Assembly (NCBI GenBank): GCA_049967475.1
Contig: JBMFSQ010000007.1
Coordinates: forward strand, 1-64,000
Length of the DNA stretch: 64,000 nt
Source: Chthonomonadales bacterium
GTDB lineage: Bacteria > Armatimonadota > Chthonomonadetes > Chthonomonadales > CAJBBX01
Direction: 5' to 3'
Shown here: positions 38,893 to 49,057 of the stretch, one piece after another
Position numbering within the stretch: position 1 is the stretch's first letter
Layout of the letters: every line of letters begins with the position of its first letter
Made by a program: the position numbers and the translations under genes
Notes under the pieces: model-generated
What the model was told of the DNA's origin: nothing
What the model saw: the letters and a program-made list of their open reading frames with translations, nothing else
Database searches by the model: none

Positions 38893-40374
38893 ATGGGTGC
38901 ATGCCGTGTTCGCGTTTTAACCAAGGAGGAAGGATCTTTCCTTTCACCCATGCTGCACGGGCACTTTGCCGAGCATCTTGGCCGGTGCTGCGTGGACGGA
39001 TTGTGGGTAGGGCGCCGGTCCTCAATCCCCAACGAAGCAGGCTTCCATCAAGGCGTTCTGCGGGCTCTAGCCAGGCTCGGCTTGCCCGTCTTGAGGTGGC
39101 CCGGAGGTTGCTACGCCGACACCTACCATTGGCGCGACGGCATCGGGCCGGGGGAGCGGCGCCCGCGTACACTGGGCGAGTCCTGCGGGCTGAGGGTGGC
39201 GGAAGAGAACGGGTTGGGGACCCATGAATTCATTGACCTGTGCCGGCGCGTGGGGGCGGAGCCCTACCTTGCCGGCAACGTGGGAAGCGGGTCTCCACAG
39301 GAAATGGCGGATTGGGTGCACTACTGCAACGGTACCCTGGACACCGATCTTGTGCGGCAGCGGGCAGCCAACGGAAGCGCCGAGCCCATGAATGTGCGGT
39401 ATTGGGGAGTAGGCAACGAGAATTGGGGATGCGGCGGGAATTACGACGCAGCGGATTACGCCAAGGAGTTTCGCCGCTATGCTACGTTCATCAAGATGGC
39501 GGACCCCAATGTGGAACTCGTCGCATGCGGGCATACCGATCCCAACTGGAACCGCGCTGTGATGGAAGTGCTGCGCGACGATCTGGCCCTCGTGGACCAT
39601 CTTTCGGTTCACCGGTACTATGCTGCAGGGCGCGCCCTGGACTTCGACGAGAGCGAATATTATGCGTCCATGCGGGCGGGGCAACTCGTGGGGTTGGACG
39701 TAGCCGAAGCCTACGGCATCGTGCGTTCCTTCTGCGCTGGGCGCAAACAGGTGAAGATTGCCTTTGACGAATGGGGCATTTGGCATCCGGAGGCAACGGG
39801 TGCTACGCAGTATGAGGCGCCTTCAACGCTTCGCGACGCCGTGGCGGCTGCCGGAGTGCTGGATGCGTTCCACCGTTGGGCCCATGCACTCTCCATGGCA
39901 AACCTCGCCCAGGTGGTGAATGTGCTGCAGTGCCTTGTCCAAACCCGGGATGACCGCTTCTGGGTAACGCCGACCTATCATCTTTTCGACCTGTACCGCG
40001 TTCACCGAGGGGCCGTTCGGCTGGGTATCGAGGTGGATTGCGATACGGTAGATGCTCCGGGGTTGGCCGATGCGCCGGCAGGCCCGCTTCCAATCCTTTC
40101 TGCGACGGCGTCCACGCAGGGAGGCGGGATTGCTGTAAGTGTCTCCAACCGGCACATCTCTCGCGCAGTGGAGGTAGAGTTCCGGCTGGATGAGGGGAGG
40201 ATAGCCTGGTGTGAGGCGGCCAGTTTGGCGGCCGACAGCCCGGCTGCCGTCAATTCTGCAGAAGATCCGGAGCGGGTGGCCATTCGCCGGCATGAGGTAC
40301 GGCCCGCGGATGGCGCTGTGCGGCTGGAGCTTCCGCCGTGCTCGGTGCACACTCTTGTGCTGACGTGTGAATGA
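38893..40374 (+). CDS. Alpha-L-arabinofuranosidase, GH51
   Basis: GHFAEHLG, RWPGGC, WGVGNENWGCGG, FDEWG, ANLAQVVNVL. Confidence 0.92.
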   Translation: MGACRVRVLTKEEGSFLSPMLHGHFAEHLGRCCVDGLWVGRRSSIPNEAGFHQGVLRALARLGLPVLRWPGGCYADTYHWRDGIGPGERRPRTLGESCGLRVAEENGLGTHEFIDLCRRVGAEPYLAGNVGSGSPQEMADWVHYCNGTLDTDLVRQRAANGSAEPMNVRYWGVGNENWGCGGNYDAADYAKEFRRYATFIKMADPNVELVACGHTDPNWNRAVMEVLRDDLALVDHLSVHRYYAAGRALDFDESEYYASMRAGQLVGLDVAEAYGIVRSFCAGRKQVKIAFDEWGIWHPEATGATQYEAPSTLRDAVAAAGVLDAFHRWAHALSMANLAQVVNVLQCLVQTRDDRFWVTPTYHLFDLYRVHRGAVRLGIEVDCDTVDAPGLADAPAGPLPILSATASTQGGGIAVSVSNRHISRAVEVEFRLDEGRIAWCEAASLAADSPAAVNSAEDPERVAIRRHEVRPADGAVRLELPPCSVHTLVLTCE

Positions 40375-40380
40375 CACGGG

Positions 40381-40827
40381 ATGCCTGGTTCTATGGGACG
40401 CGTTATGGCTGTGGATGTAGGTGAGCGGCGCATCGGTTTGGCCTTCAGCGATGAAATGAAGACCTTCCCGGCGGTGCAGCAAACCCTGGAGCGGCAGGAA
40501 GGGTACCGGGCCGATATGCGGCGTATTCGGCAGCTTGTTGAGGAGAGCAATGTAGAACTGGTGGTGGTAGGGCTGCCTCTTCATTTGGACGGTTCGGCAG
40601 GAACAAGCGCGCATGCAGCCCGAGAGTTCGCAGAGGCCTTACGGAGATACGTGGCGGTGCCGGTCCTTGAGGTGGACGAGCGGCTCAGCACGGTCGAGGC
40701 CGAGCGGATGTTGTTGCACGCGGATGTGGGCCGCAAGAAGCGGCGGCAGGTAGTGGACGGAGTGGCGGCGGGGGTGATCTTGCAGGCGTATCTGGATGCC
40801 ATTCGGAAGGATGGGCAAGAGCGTTGA
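40381..40827 (+). CDS. ruvX: Holliday junction resolvase-like YqgF/RuvX
   Basis: AVDVGERRIGLA, VVGLP, DERLST, VDGVAA..ILQ. Confidence 0.93.
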   Translation: MPGSMGRVMAVDVGERRIGLAFSDEMKTFPAVQQTLERQEGYRADMRRIRQLVEESNVELVVVGLPLHLDGSAGTSAHAAREFAEALRRYVAVPVLEVDERLSTVEAERMLLHADVGRKKRRQVVDGVAAGVILQAYLDAIRKDGQER

Positions 40828-41867
40828 AGGGCCTTAGGCGCCGGGTGCGGGCGGCAGCAGGGGTCTTAGGTGCGGCGGCGCTGTGCGCAGGGATCTGGGT
40901 GGCGCACGAGTTGCGGCCTGCGTCGCCCGCGGGGCGGCGCGTTATCGTCAACATCGTTGCGGGGACGAAGTTGGAGAGAGTGGCCGCAGTATTGCGGCGC
41001 CGCCACCTTATTCGCAGCGCGACGGTGTTCCTGTGGGCGGCGCGGCTGAAAGGGGTTCCTGATGAGCCCCGTCCCGGCCGCTACGCCTTCTCAACGGCAA
41101 TGTCTGCGCTGCACATAGCGGATCGGCTGAGGCGCGGGGACACGGGCATCAACGAGATAAGGGTTACGATACCCGAGGGCTACGGGGTGCGCCAAATCGC
41201 CGCGGCTTTGGTGCGCCACGGCATTCTGAGCGAGGGGACGGGCTTTTTGGACGTTGCGCGGCATCCGGGAGGGCGGGTTCAGGCGCCGTTCCCAATTCCG
41301 AAAGCGGGTCTGGAAGGATTTCTTTTTCCGGACACGTACTGGTTTCCGCGGGGCGTTCGGCCGGAACGTGCGGCTCAGGAAATGGTGGACACCTTCGTGC
41401 GCCGCTTCTATTTGCCTAACCGGGCGGACATTGCGGCATCGGGTCGGACCCTCGCGGAAATCGTGACGGTTGCCTCACTGGTAGAGCGTGAAGCAAAGAA
41501 GGATGAAGATCGGCCCAAGATTGCCGGCGTAATCTACAATCGGCTGGCACGCGGGATGCCGCTTCAAGTAGATGCGACGGTTCTGTATGCCTTAGGCCAT
41601 CACAAGAGCCGCGTTCTCTATTCGGATCTTAAGGTGGCATCGCCCTATAATACCTATAGACGCAGAGGGCTGCCGCCCGGCCCCATTGCGAACCCGGGAC
41701 TACCCTCTTTGGAGGCAGCGCTTCACCCTGAGCGGAGCGATTACCTTTACTACGTGGCGGGGCCCGACGGCGCGCATATCTTCTCGCGTACGGAAGCGGA
41801 GCATCTGCAATGCGTGGGCCGCATGCGCGCCCTGCGCGCTCGGAGCGCCGCCGGGGGCAGCGGATGA
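40824..41867 (+). CDS. mltG: Endolytic transglycosylase MltG
   Basis: VTIPEG, LEGFLFPDTY, ASLVERE, LQVDATV, SPYNTY, GLPPGPIANPG. Confidence 0.95.
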   Translation: MKGLRRRVRAAAGVLGAAALCAGIWVAHELRPASPAGRRVIVNIVAGTKLERVAAVLRRRHLIRSATVFLWAARLKGVPDEPRPGRYAFSTAMSALHIADRLRRGDTGINEIRVTIPEGYGVRQIAAALVRHGILSEGTGFLDVARHPGGRVQAPFPIPKAGLEGFLFPDTYWFPRGVRPERAAQEMVDTFVRRFYLPNRADIAASGRTLAEIVTVASLVEREAKKDEDRPKIAGVIYNRLARGMPLQVDATVLYALGHHKSRVLYSDLKVASPYNTYRRRGLPPGPIANPGLPSLEAALHPERSDYLYYVAGPDGAHIFSRTEAEHLQCVGRMRALRARSAAGGSG

Positions 41868-42436
41868 TGCGCGTGCTGAACCTGCTGTGCCCCGGCCGCT
41901 ATTGCAGTGGAGGTGTAACCTCGATCCCCCCGGAGGAATTGAGGAAAGCGGGTTTCCGCGCTGTGCTGCTGGATGTGGACAACACCCTGGTTGGCTGGCA
42001 GCGAACCGACATCCCCCATGCGGTGCGGAAGTGGATTTGGGATCTGAAGCAACAGGGGCTGAGGATCTGCTTGGTGTCGAACACGCGCCATCCGCGGCGG
42101 CTGGAGGCGTTGGCGGCGGAACTGGAAGTTCCCTTCGTACGGCAGGCGCTGAAGCCTGGGCGCAGAGGGTTCCTGGCCGCTCTGGAGCAGTTGGGTGTGG
42201 CACCCTCAGCAGCGGTAATGATCGGGGACCAGATGTTCACGGATGTGCTTGGGGGCAACCGGGCGGGTGTGGCCACCATTCTGGTGCGGCCGATGCATCG
42301 GCGGGAATTCGTGGGAACCAAAGTCAGTCGTTTGGCCGAGGGCATCGTACTGGCGGTTTTGCGGCGGCGTGGATTGTTGGACGAGGACGGCGGCGGACCG
42401 GCCGAAAGCGCTGCCGGCGAAACTGCGGTGTTCTGA
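41864..42436 (+). CDS. YqeG-family HAD IIIA phosphatase
   Basis: LDVDNTL, VSN, KP, IGDQMFTDVLGG. Confidence 0.9.
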   Translation: MMRVLNLLCPGRYCSGGVTSIPPEELRKAGFRAVLLDVDNTLVGWQRTDIPHAVRKWIWDLKQQGLRICLVSNTRHPRRLEALAAELEVPFVRQALKPGRRGFLAALEQLGVAPSAAVMIGDQMFTDVLGGNRAGVATILVRPMHRREFVGTKVSRLAEGIVLAVLRRRGLLDEDGGGPAESAAGETAVF

Positions 42437-42442
42437 TATAAT
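42434..42442 (+). promoter_or_regulatory. Extended -10 (TGATATAAT) before aroE
   Basis: Exact TGnTATAAT overlapping the yqeG stop codon. Confidence 0.5.
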
Positions 42443-42466
42443 GAGGAATAGGGAACAATCCCTAAG

Positions 42467-43378
42467 GTGATGTCGTCTCACCGACCAGAGAGGGTTTGCC
42501 TTGCGGGAATTACCGGAGCTACGAAGGTTCTGGGTGTATTCGGGTACCCGGTGGCCCATTCCCTTTCGCCTGCGATGCACAACGCGGCCATCGCAGCCCT
42601 GGGTCTTCATTACGTTTATATCCCATTCTCCGTTCCGCCCGCTGAACTTGGCGCGGCGATCCGCAGTATCAGGGCGCTGGGCATCGTTGGGGTAAACCTG
42701 ACGATCCCGCATAAGGAACGGGCGCTCGCCTTCCTGGACGAGGTGGCACCGGATGCGCTTGAGGTCGGTGCCGTCAACACCCTATGCCAGGCAGGTGAGA
42801 GGCTCGTCGGTTACAACACGGATGGCGCGGGCTTCCTGGCTCCGCTTCGGGCTCGAGGCATCTCCGTGAAGGGGATGCGGGTTCTGGTAGTGGGCGCCGG
42901 AGGGGCTGCGCGCTCCGTGGTGTATGCATTGGTGCATGAGGGCGCCCACGTAATCGTTACCAATAGGAACCCGGAGCGTGCAGCAGCCCTGGTGGAGAGT
43001 GTGAACTGCTCCCTACGGGCCGGCGCCGAGTGGTTGCCGCTGGATGCCTCGGAGGAGCTTGCCAGGCGGGCATCGGCGGCGGATATGTGGGTGAACACGA
43101 CGCCGGTGGGGATGCATCCTCACGAAGATGCGGAACCGCCGGTACCTGTGGAGCGGCTGCGCGGCCGAATGGTGGTTTACGATTTGATCTACAACCCGTT
43201 GGAGACGAGGCTCCTCAGCGCAGCCAAAAGGGTTGGAGCGGTGGCCATCAACGGTGTGGCGATGCTGGTGGGGCAGGGAGCAGCTTCCTTCCGCCTGTGG
43301 ACGGGGATCGAAGCGCCTGCCGACGTAATGGAACGGGCAGTCTTGGAAGGATTGGGGGCAGCAGGGCGCGAAGAATAA
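42467..43378 (+). CDS. aroE: Shikimate dehydrogenase
   Basis: [36 protein letters not shown]. Confidence 0.95.
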   Translation: MMSSHRPERVCLAGITGATKVLGVFGYPVAHSLSPAMHNAAIAALGLHYVYIPFSVPPAELGAAIRSIRALGIVGVNLTIPHKERALAFLDEVAPDALEVGAVNTLCQAGERLVGYNTDGAGFLAPLRARGISVKGMRVLVVGAGGAARSVVYALVHEGAHVIVTNRNPERAAALVESVNCSLRAGAEWLPLDASEELARRASAADMWVNTTPVGMHPHEDAEPPVPVERLRGRMVVYDLIYNPLETRLLSAAKRVGAVAINGVAMLVGQGAASFRLWTGIEAPADVMERAVLEGLGAAGREE

Positions 43379-43396
43379 TGTAGGCAAGCGGGGCGC

Positions 43397-43425
43397 TTGC
43401 GTCCTCGGCGGGGGTATGTTATAAT
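43397..43425 (+). promoter_or_regulatory. Sigma70-type promoter of the pil operon
   Basis: TTGCGT-N17-TATAAT with an extended TG. Confidence 0.65.
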
Positions 43426-43485
43426 GCCGCGATTGCGCTGTGGGAATGGCGCGCGGTTCTCAACGAGAGGCAAGGTGGGGCGAAA

Positions 43486-45297
43486 ATGGTAATGACCAGA
43501 AAAAGCATGGGCGAGTATCTGGTTCAGGAGGGCTACATCACGCGGGAGCAGCTCCAGCAGGCCCAGGAAGCGGCCAAAGCCTCGCGGACGGATTTGGCCA
43601 GGGTCCTCGTGGAACAGGGTTTCGCAAGTGAGCGCGACGTATACCGCGCGAAGGCGCAGGAGCTGGGCGTTGGTTTTGTGGACCTCTCCCGATACGCGCC
43701 CGAACCTGCCGCGGTGAATGTGGTTCCTGAGCACATCGCCAAGCGCCACAACGTAATCCCGGTAAAGAAAGACACCGCCACCAACACGCTCCATGTGGCC
43801 ATGGCGGATCTGAATAACCCCTATGCGGCGGATGACCTGCGGCTCGTGTCCCGCTGCAACATCCGAGGTGTATTGGCGGCTCCAAGCGACATCGAGGACG
43901 CCATCGCACGCGTCTACGGCGGTACGTCGGCGAGCCTGGCCCCTGCCGACACCGCGGGCAACGGCGGGACGAAGGGGGGTATGAACCCCATGAAGGGAGG
44001 GGTCCCCGGTCCCGGAGGGAGCAGCGACCTCATGTCGCAGATCCGGCAGGACATCGCCTCCTACGGAGCCACGGGCGAGGCGGCGCTCGATGAAGATGAA
44101 GAGAGCGCCATCGCCATGGCGGAAGAAGCGCCCATCATCCGCGTTGCCAGCACCATCATCCAACAAGCCATCAAGGAAGGCGCTTCGGACATTCACATCG
44201 AGCCGGACCGCCGGGGCCTGCGCATCCGATATCGTGTGGACGGCGTGCTCCACGAAACGATGACGATGCCCAAATACATCCAGCCGCCCCTCATCTCGCG
44301 CTTCAAGATCATGGCCGAGATGAATATTGCTGAGCGGCGGGTGCCTCAGGACGGCCGCATCCCCGTGCGGTATGAGAACAAAGATTACGACTTGCGCGTG
44401 TCTTGCTTGCCCAACATTTGGGGCGAGAAGATCGTATGCCGCATACTGGACAAGACCTCCATCCTCATCGGCCTCAACAAGCTGGGCTTCTCGGCGGAGA
44501 CGCAGGCGCAACTGGAAGAGCTCATCATCCAGCCCAACGGCATGGTCCTCTCCACCGGTCCTACGGGTTCAGGAAAGACCACGACCCAGTATTCCGTGCT
44601 CCATAAGCTCAACTCCATCGAGAAGAACATCCTCACAATCGAGGACCCGGTGGAGTATCAGCTCAGCGGCGTGACGCAGGTGCAGGTGAACCGGAAGGCG
44701 GGCCTCACCTTTGCCAACGCTCTTCGATCGTTCCTTCGCCAGGACCCGGACATCATCATGGTGGGCGAGATGCGCGACTTGGAGACGGCTGAGATCGCCA
44801 TCGAGGCTTCACTTACGGGCCACCTGGTGCTCTCCACGCTGCACACGAACGACGCCCCTTCGGCTGTGATCCGTATGATGGATATGGGTGTGGAGCCCTA
44901 CCTCATCTCTGCAACGGTTATTGGAGTGTTGGCTCAGCGCCTTGGCCGCAAGGTCTGCCCGAACTGTAAGGAACCCTACGAAGTGGAGGCTTCGGAGCTG
45001 AGGCGGTTCGGTTTCCGCCCCGAGCACCCCGAGCAGAAGATCACTCTGTGGCGCGGCAGGGGGTGCGAGATATGCCGGCAGACGGGGTACAAAGGCCGGC
45101 TGGGCATCTTCTCGCTGATGCGGGTGAATGACGAAATCGCCGAACTCATCGTGCGGCGGGCTCCGCTCAACGATATCCGCGACGCCGCCAAGGCGAACGG
45201 AATGCTGGAATTGAGGGAGGATGGCCTCAATAAAGTGCTGGAAGGGATCACCACGCCGGAAGAGGTGATGCGCGTGGTGTTCACGGCCGGCCACTAA
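43486..45297 (+). CDS. pilB: Type IV pilus assembly ATPase PilB
   Basis: [47 protein letters not shown] zinc motif. Confidence 0.95.
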   Translation: MVMTRKSMGEYLVQEGYITREQLQQAQEAAKASRTDLARVLVEQGFASERDVYRAKAQELGVGFVDLSRYAPEPAAVNVVPEHIAKRHNVIPVKKDTATNTLHVAMADLNNPYAADDLRLVSRCNIRGVLAAPSDIEDAIARVYGGTSASLAPADTAGNGGTKGGMNPMKGGVPGPGGSSDLMSQIRQDIASYGATGEAALDEDEESAIAMAEEAPIIRVASTIIQQAIKEGASDIHIEPDRRGLRIRYRVDGVLHETMTMPKYIQPPLISRFKIMAEMNIAERRVPQDGRIPVRYENKDYDLRVSCLPNIWGEKIVCRILDKTSILIGLNKLGFSAETQAQLEELIIQPNGMVLSTGPTGSGKTTTQYSVLHKLNSIEKNILTIEDPVEYQLSGVTQVQVNRKAGLTFANALRSFLRQDPDIIMVGEMRDLETAEIAIEASLTGHLVLSTLHTNDAPSAVIRMMDMGVEPYLISATVIGVLAQRLGRKVCPNCKEPYEVEASELRRFGFRPEHPEQKITLWRGRGCEICRQTGYKGRLGIFSLMRVNDEIAELIVRRAPLNDIRDAAKANGMLELREDGLNKVLEGITTPEEVMRVVFTAGH

Positions 45298-45338
45298 TAC
45301 GGCTCCAGACATGGAGTGCAATCGCTGGAGAATGGGAA

Positions 45339-46502
45339 TTGTCTGAGCAGACGCAACCGATCCCTCCGCAAGGGGCTCCGCAGGCCAGCGCTCGCCCGCG
45401 GCCCCTGGACGACGCCCACATAGACGACCTTCTGCGCATCGTGGTGGAGAAGGGCGGCTCGGACCTGCACGTGTCCGTAGGAGTGCCTCCCATCATTCGT
45501 GTGGATGGCCAGCTCCTTCCTACCAACTACGAACGCGTAGACCCACAGACGTGCCAGCGGCTGATCTACGACATCCTCACGGATGAGCAGATCCAGCGCT
45601 TCGAAACGAATTTCGAGCTGGACTTTTCATACTCCCTGGCAAGGATGTCACGCTTTCGGGTGAATGTTTACCGGGACCGCGGCAACGTTGCGATGGCGTT
45701 TCGGGTGATCCCCGCGCGCATCCCTACCCTCAAAGAGCTGCAGCTCCCGGCAGTCCTGGAAGAGCTTACGCGCCTCCCGCGCGGATTGATCCTGGTGACG
45801 GGACCTACGGGGTCGGGCAAGTCCACCACCCTGGCAGCCATGATCAACCAGATCAACAACGAACGGTCGGTGCACGTCATTACCATCGAGGATCCCATCG
45901 AGTACCTGCATTCGCATCGTTTCAGCATTATCAATCAGCGTGAGATCGGTCAGGACACCAAGAGCTTCGCCAATGCCCTCCGCGCCGCGCTGCGGGAGGA
46001 TCCCGATGTAATCCTCGTAGGCGAGATGCGTGACCTTGAGACGATGCAGAACGCGGTGTCGGCAGCAGAAACGGGGCACCTTGTGTTTGCCACTCTGCAC
46101 ACGAACAGCGCCGCTACGTCCGTGGAACGCATTGTGGACTCGTTCCCGCCGGGGCAGCAGGAGCAGGTGCGGTTGCAGCTATCCAATAACCTTCAGGCTA
46201 TTCTGTGCCAGCAACTGTTGCCGCGGGCGAACCAACCCGGGCGCGTTTGCGCCATGGAGATCATGACGGCCAGCCCCGCCATCAGAAACTTGATCCGCGA
46301 GAACAAAGCCCATCAGATTACCTCCATGATCCAGACCAGTGCCAACCTGGGCATGCAAACGATGGATCAATCGTTGCGGGATTTGTACGTGCGGGGCCTC
46401 ATAACCTTTGAGTTGGCGATGGAACGCGCCATGAACCCGCAAGAGCTGGAGAAGATGATCCGCACGGCTACCATGCCGGGGCCGGGAGGGACGATCCGGT
46501 AA
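45339..46502 (+). CDS. pilT: Type IV pilus retraction ATPase PilT
   Basis: SDLH, GPTGSGKST, LREDPD, AETGH and the PilT signature AIRNLIRE; start uncertain. Confidence 0.95.
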   Translation: MSEQTQPIPPQGAPQASARPRPLDDAHIDDLLRIVVEKGGSDLHVSVGVPPIIRVDGQLLPTNYERVDPQTCQRLIYDILTDEQIQRFETNFELDFSYSLARMSRFRVNVYRDRGNVAMAFRVIPARIPTLKELQLPAVLEELTRLPRGLILVTGPTGSGKSTTLAAMINQINNERSVHVITIEDPIEYLHSHRFSIINQREIGQDTKSFANALRAALREDPDVILVGEMRDLETMQNAVSAAETGHLVFATLHTNSAATSVERIVDSFPPGQQEQVRLQLSNNLQAILCQQLLPRANQPGRVCAMEIMTASPAIRNLIRENKAHQITSMIQTSANLGMQTMDQSLRDLYVRGLITFELAMERAMNPQELEKMIRTATMPGPGGTIR

Positions 46503-46544
46503 GAGTGCACGGGGAGAGCTGTTCCCAAAGAGGGGGAAGAAGTC

Positions 46545-47804
46545 ATGGCAACCTTCAGCTATACCGTAAGAGACGCCAGCGGGCAGACCCGCACGGGCAC
46601 GTCCGAAGCGGAGAACGTGGAGATCCTGCGGCGGCGCCTACAGGAACAGGGCTTTACCGTTGCAGATATCAAGCAGACGGCGGCCGGCAAGAAGAAAGCG
46701 CCCGGAGGCGGATGGGGCCGCGTTAAGCTGGCAGACCTATCCATCTTTTCGCGCCAGTTCTCCACCATGATTGACGCCGGCGTGTCGCTTGTGCGCGCTC
46801 TGGATGTGCTGGGCGAACAGACGGCCAACCCCAAACTCAAACGCATCATCATGGACATCCAGCAGGAAGTGGAGTCGGGCCAGACCCTTTCGAAGGCGAT
46901 GTCCAAGTACCCCAAGACCTTCACACCGCTGTATGTGGGGCTTGTGCGGGCAGGAGAAGTGGGCGGCGTTTTGGAGGAAGCATTGCAGAGGCTTGCAGGC
47001 TTCCTCGAGAAGGATATGGAACTGCGCCGCAAAGTGAAAGCTGCCCTCACCTACCCCACCATCGTGGTGATCGTAGCGGTGGGCATCGTGCTGGGCCTGT
47101 GCACCTTCATCGTGCCCAAGTTCGTGGAACTCTTCCGCGACCTCGGCGTGAAGGAGCTGCCCACCATGACGCAGATGCTGGTGGACTTCAGCGACTTCCT
47201 CAAGAACCGGTGGTGGATGGGGCTCATCATCGTCGTGGCGGTGTACATGGCGTTGAAGTACTTCGGTACCACAAGGATCGGCCGGCGCGTAATTGACCGG
47301 GTCAAACTGAAGGTGCCTGTGTTCGGCAAACTGCACCACAAGATCGCTCTGGCCCGCTTCTCCAGGACGCTGGGGACCCTCCTGGTGAGCGGCGTGCCCA
47401 TCCTTCAGGCGCTGGAGACGGTGGCCGGCACGGTTGGAAACGGCATCATCGCCGACGCCATCATGGAGGCACGGGCACGCATTCGTGAAGGGGACCGCAT
47501 CAACGATCCTCTGGAAAAGAGCCGCATGTTTCCGCCTATGGTGGTGCACATGGTGTCCATCGGGGAAGAATCCGGTGCACTGGACCATATGCTCACCAAG
47601 ATCGCGGATTTCTACGAGCAGGAAGTGGATGCCACGCTCCAGAGCCTTACAGCGGCCATCGAGCCCATGCTCATCGTGTTTCTGGGCTTTGCCGTGGGCT
47701 TCATCGTGATCTCCATGTTCATGCCCCTCATCCAGGTGATCCAGAACCTTACCTCGGGCGGCGGCGGCGATCACGGAGCCGGAGAGGCCACTTCTGCGGA
47801 ATAG
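46545..47804 (+). CDS. pilC: Type IV pilus platform protein PilC (GspF family)
   Basis: FSRQFSTM, GEVGG, ALTYP, SGVP, GEESG, IEP. Confidence 0.95.
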   Translation: MATFSYTVRDASGQTRTGTSEAENVEILRRRLQEQGFTVADIKQTAAGKKKAPGGGWGRVKLADLSIFSRQFSTMIDAGVSLVRALDVLGEQTANPKLKRIIMDIQQEVESGQTLSKAMSKYPKTFTPLYVGLVRAGEVGGVLEEALQRLAGFLEKDMELRRKVKAALTYPTIVVIVAVGIVLGLCTFIVPKFVELFRDLGVKELPTMTQMLVDFSDFLKNRWWMGLIIVVAVYMALKYFGTTRIGRRVIDRVKLKVPVFGKLHHKIALARFSRTLGTLLVSGVPILQALETVAGTVGNGIIADAIMEARARIREGDRINDPLEKSRMFPPMVVHMVSIGEESGALDHMLTKIADFYEQEVDATLQSLTAAIEPMLIVFLGFAVGFIVISMFMPLIQVIQNLTSGGGGDHGAGEATSAE

Positions 47805-47813
47805 ACCTCTGAA

Positions 47814-47847
47814 GCCGGGTCCGAAGCTGCCCCACTTCGGACCCGGC
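47814..47847 (+). terminator. Strong hairpin after pilC (terminator or mRNA stabiliser)
   Basis: Perfect 13-bp stem GCCGGGTCCGAAG/CTTCGGACCCGGC with an 8-nt loop; weak U-tail. Confidence 0.6.
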
Positions 47848-47867
47848 CTTCCATCTTAGGGATCCCC

Positions 47868-48896
47868 TTGGTGAACCTTCCATTATCCTATTGGGGCACG
47901 ATGGCGTTCGTGCTCGGCGCGGTGATCGGCAGCTTCCTCAATGTGGTCATTTGGAGGCTGCCGCGCGGCGAATCCCTCTCTCATCCGGGGTCTCATTGCC
48001 CGCGTTGCGGCCATTCCCTTTCGGCTTGGGAGAATATCCCGGTCTTGAGCTACCTAGTTCTTCGGGGGCGCTGCCGAGCCTGTAAGGAACCTATTTCGGT
48101 GAGGTATCCCGTGGTAGAAGCCCTTACCGGCTTCCTCTTTTTTGTATTCGTGCTTCGGTTTGGTCCTACGATCCAGGCTGCTGCCTATTGCCTCTTCGGC
48201 GCGGCCCTGATTGCGGCATTCTTCATAGATTTGGACCACTTCATCATCCCCGATGAGCTCAACATATCTGCGTGGGGCGTGGGCGTGGCGTTGGACCTTT
48301 GGCTTGCCCACACAGGCGATCCTGCGCATCGGCTTATTTGGGGCTGGCTTCCCCGTTCCATTGCGGCGGGGGGCGTGTGCGCCCTGCTGTTCGTAGCTAT
48401 TCAGCTCATCGGGCAGGTGTTGTTCCGCAGGGATGCTATGGGGGATGGGGACGTGAAGCTGGCCCGCGCCATCGGCGCCATGCTGCCGCTGCCCCAGGCG
48501 CTGGTGTCGTTTTTTTTGGCAGTGGCGGCGGGGGCGCTCATCGGCGGGACGCTGCTGCTTCTCCATGGCGAAAAGGAGCAGGAAGAAGACCCGTCTGCTG
48601 GGGAGGGAGAGGCGGAACCCGCGCGTACGTCCGTGTCGGCGATCCTCATGTACGGCTTCCTCTACGCAGCGTGCTTGGATGTGGCGCTGCATTTGGCCTC
48701 CCTGGTACGGCTTCCTGTGGCGTTGAGGTGGACCAGGAACCTGTTCGGCAGCACGGATGAGGGAGCCGACGAGGAATTTGTGGCCGGTCCGACGCATATA
48801 CCGTTTGGTCCCTACATGGTTGTAGGAGCGCTGGCCGCCGTGTTTGTGGCGGAGCCGCTGATCCGCTGGTATCTGCACTGGGCGCGGCTGGAATAG
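47868..48896 (+). CDS. pilD: Prepilin peptidase/N-methyltransferase
   Basis: GSFLNV, SHCPRC, RCRAC, FIDLD, MGDGDVKL, IPFGPY. Confidence 0.95.
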   Translation: MVNLPLSYWGTMAFVLGAVIGSFLNVVIWRLPRGESLSHPGSHCPRCGHSLSAWENIPVLSYLVLRGRCRACKEPISVRYPVVEALTGFLFFVFVLRFGPTIQAAAYCLFGAALIAAFFIDLDHFIIPDELNISAWGVGVALDLWLAHTGDPAHRLIWGWLPRSIAAGGVCALLFVAIQLIGQVLFRRDAMGDGDVKLARAIGAMLPLPQALVSFFLAVAAGALIGGTLLLLHGEKEQEEDPSAGEGEAEPARTSVSAILMYGFLYAACLDVALHLASLVRLPVALRWTRNLFGSTDEGADEEFVAGPTHIPFGPYMVVGALAAVFVAEPLIRWYLHWARLE

Positions 48897-49057
48897 GATG
48901 AGCGGGGCGGAGCGTTTGCCGGGGCCGCGGGACGTTCGGCAAGGGGAGGCGGAACACTGCGGAGGGCCGCGTCGTCAGACGGACGGAACGCAAGCAGAGG
49001 TGCCGGCACGCACGCAGATCCACTTCCGGGGTGGCCGGGGTGGCGGGGAAAGAAGCC

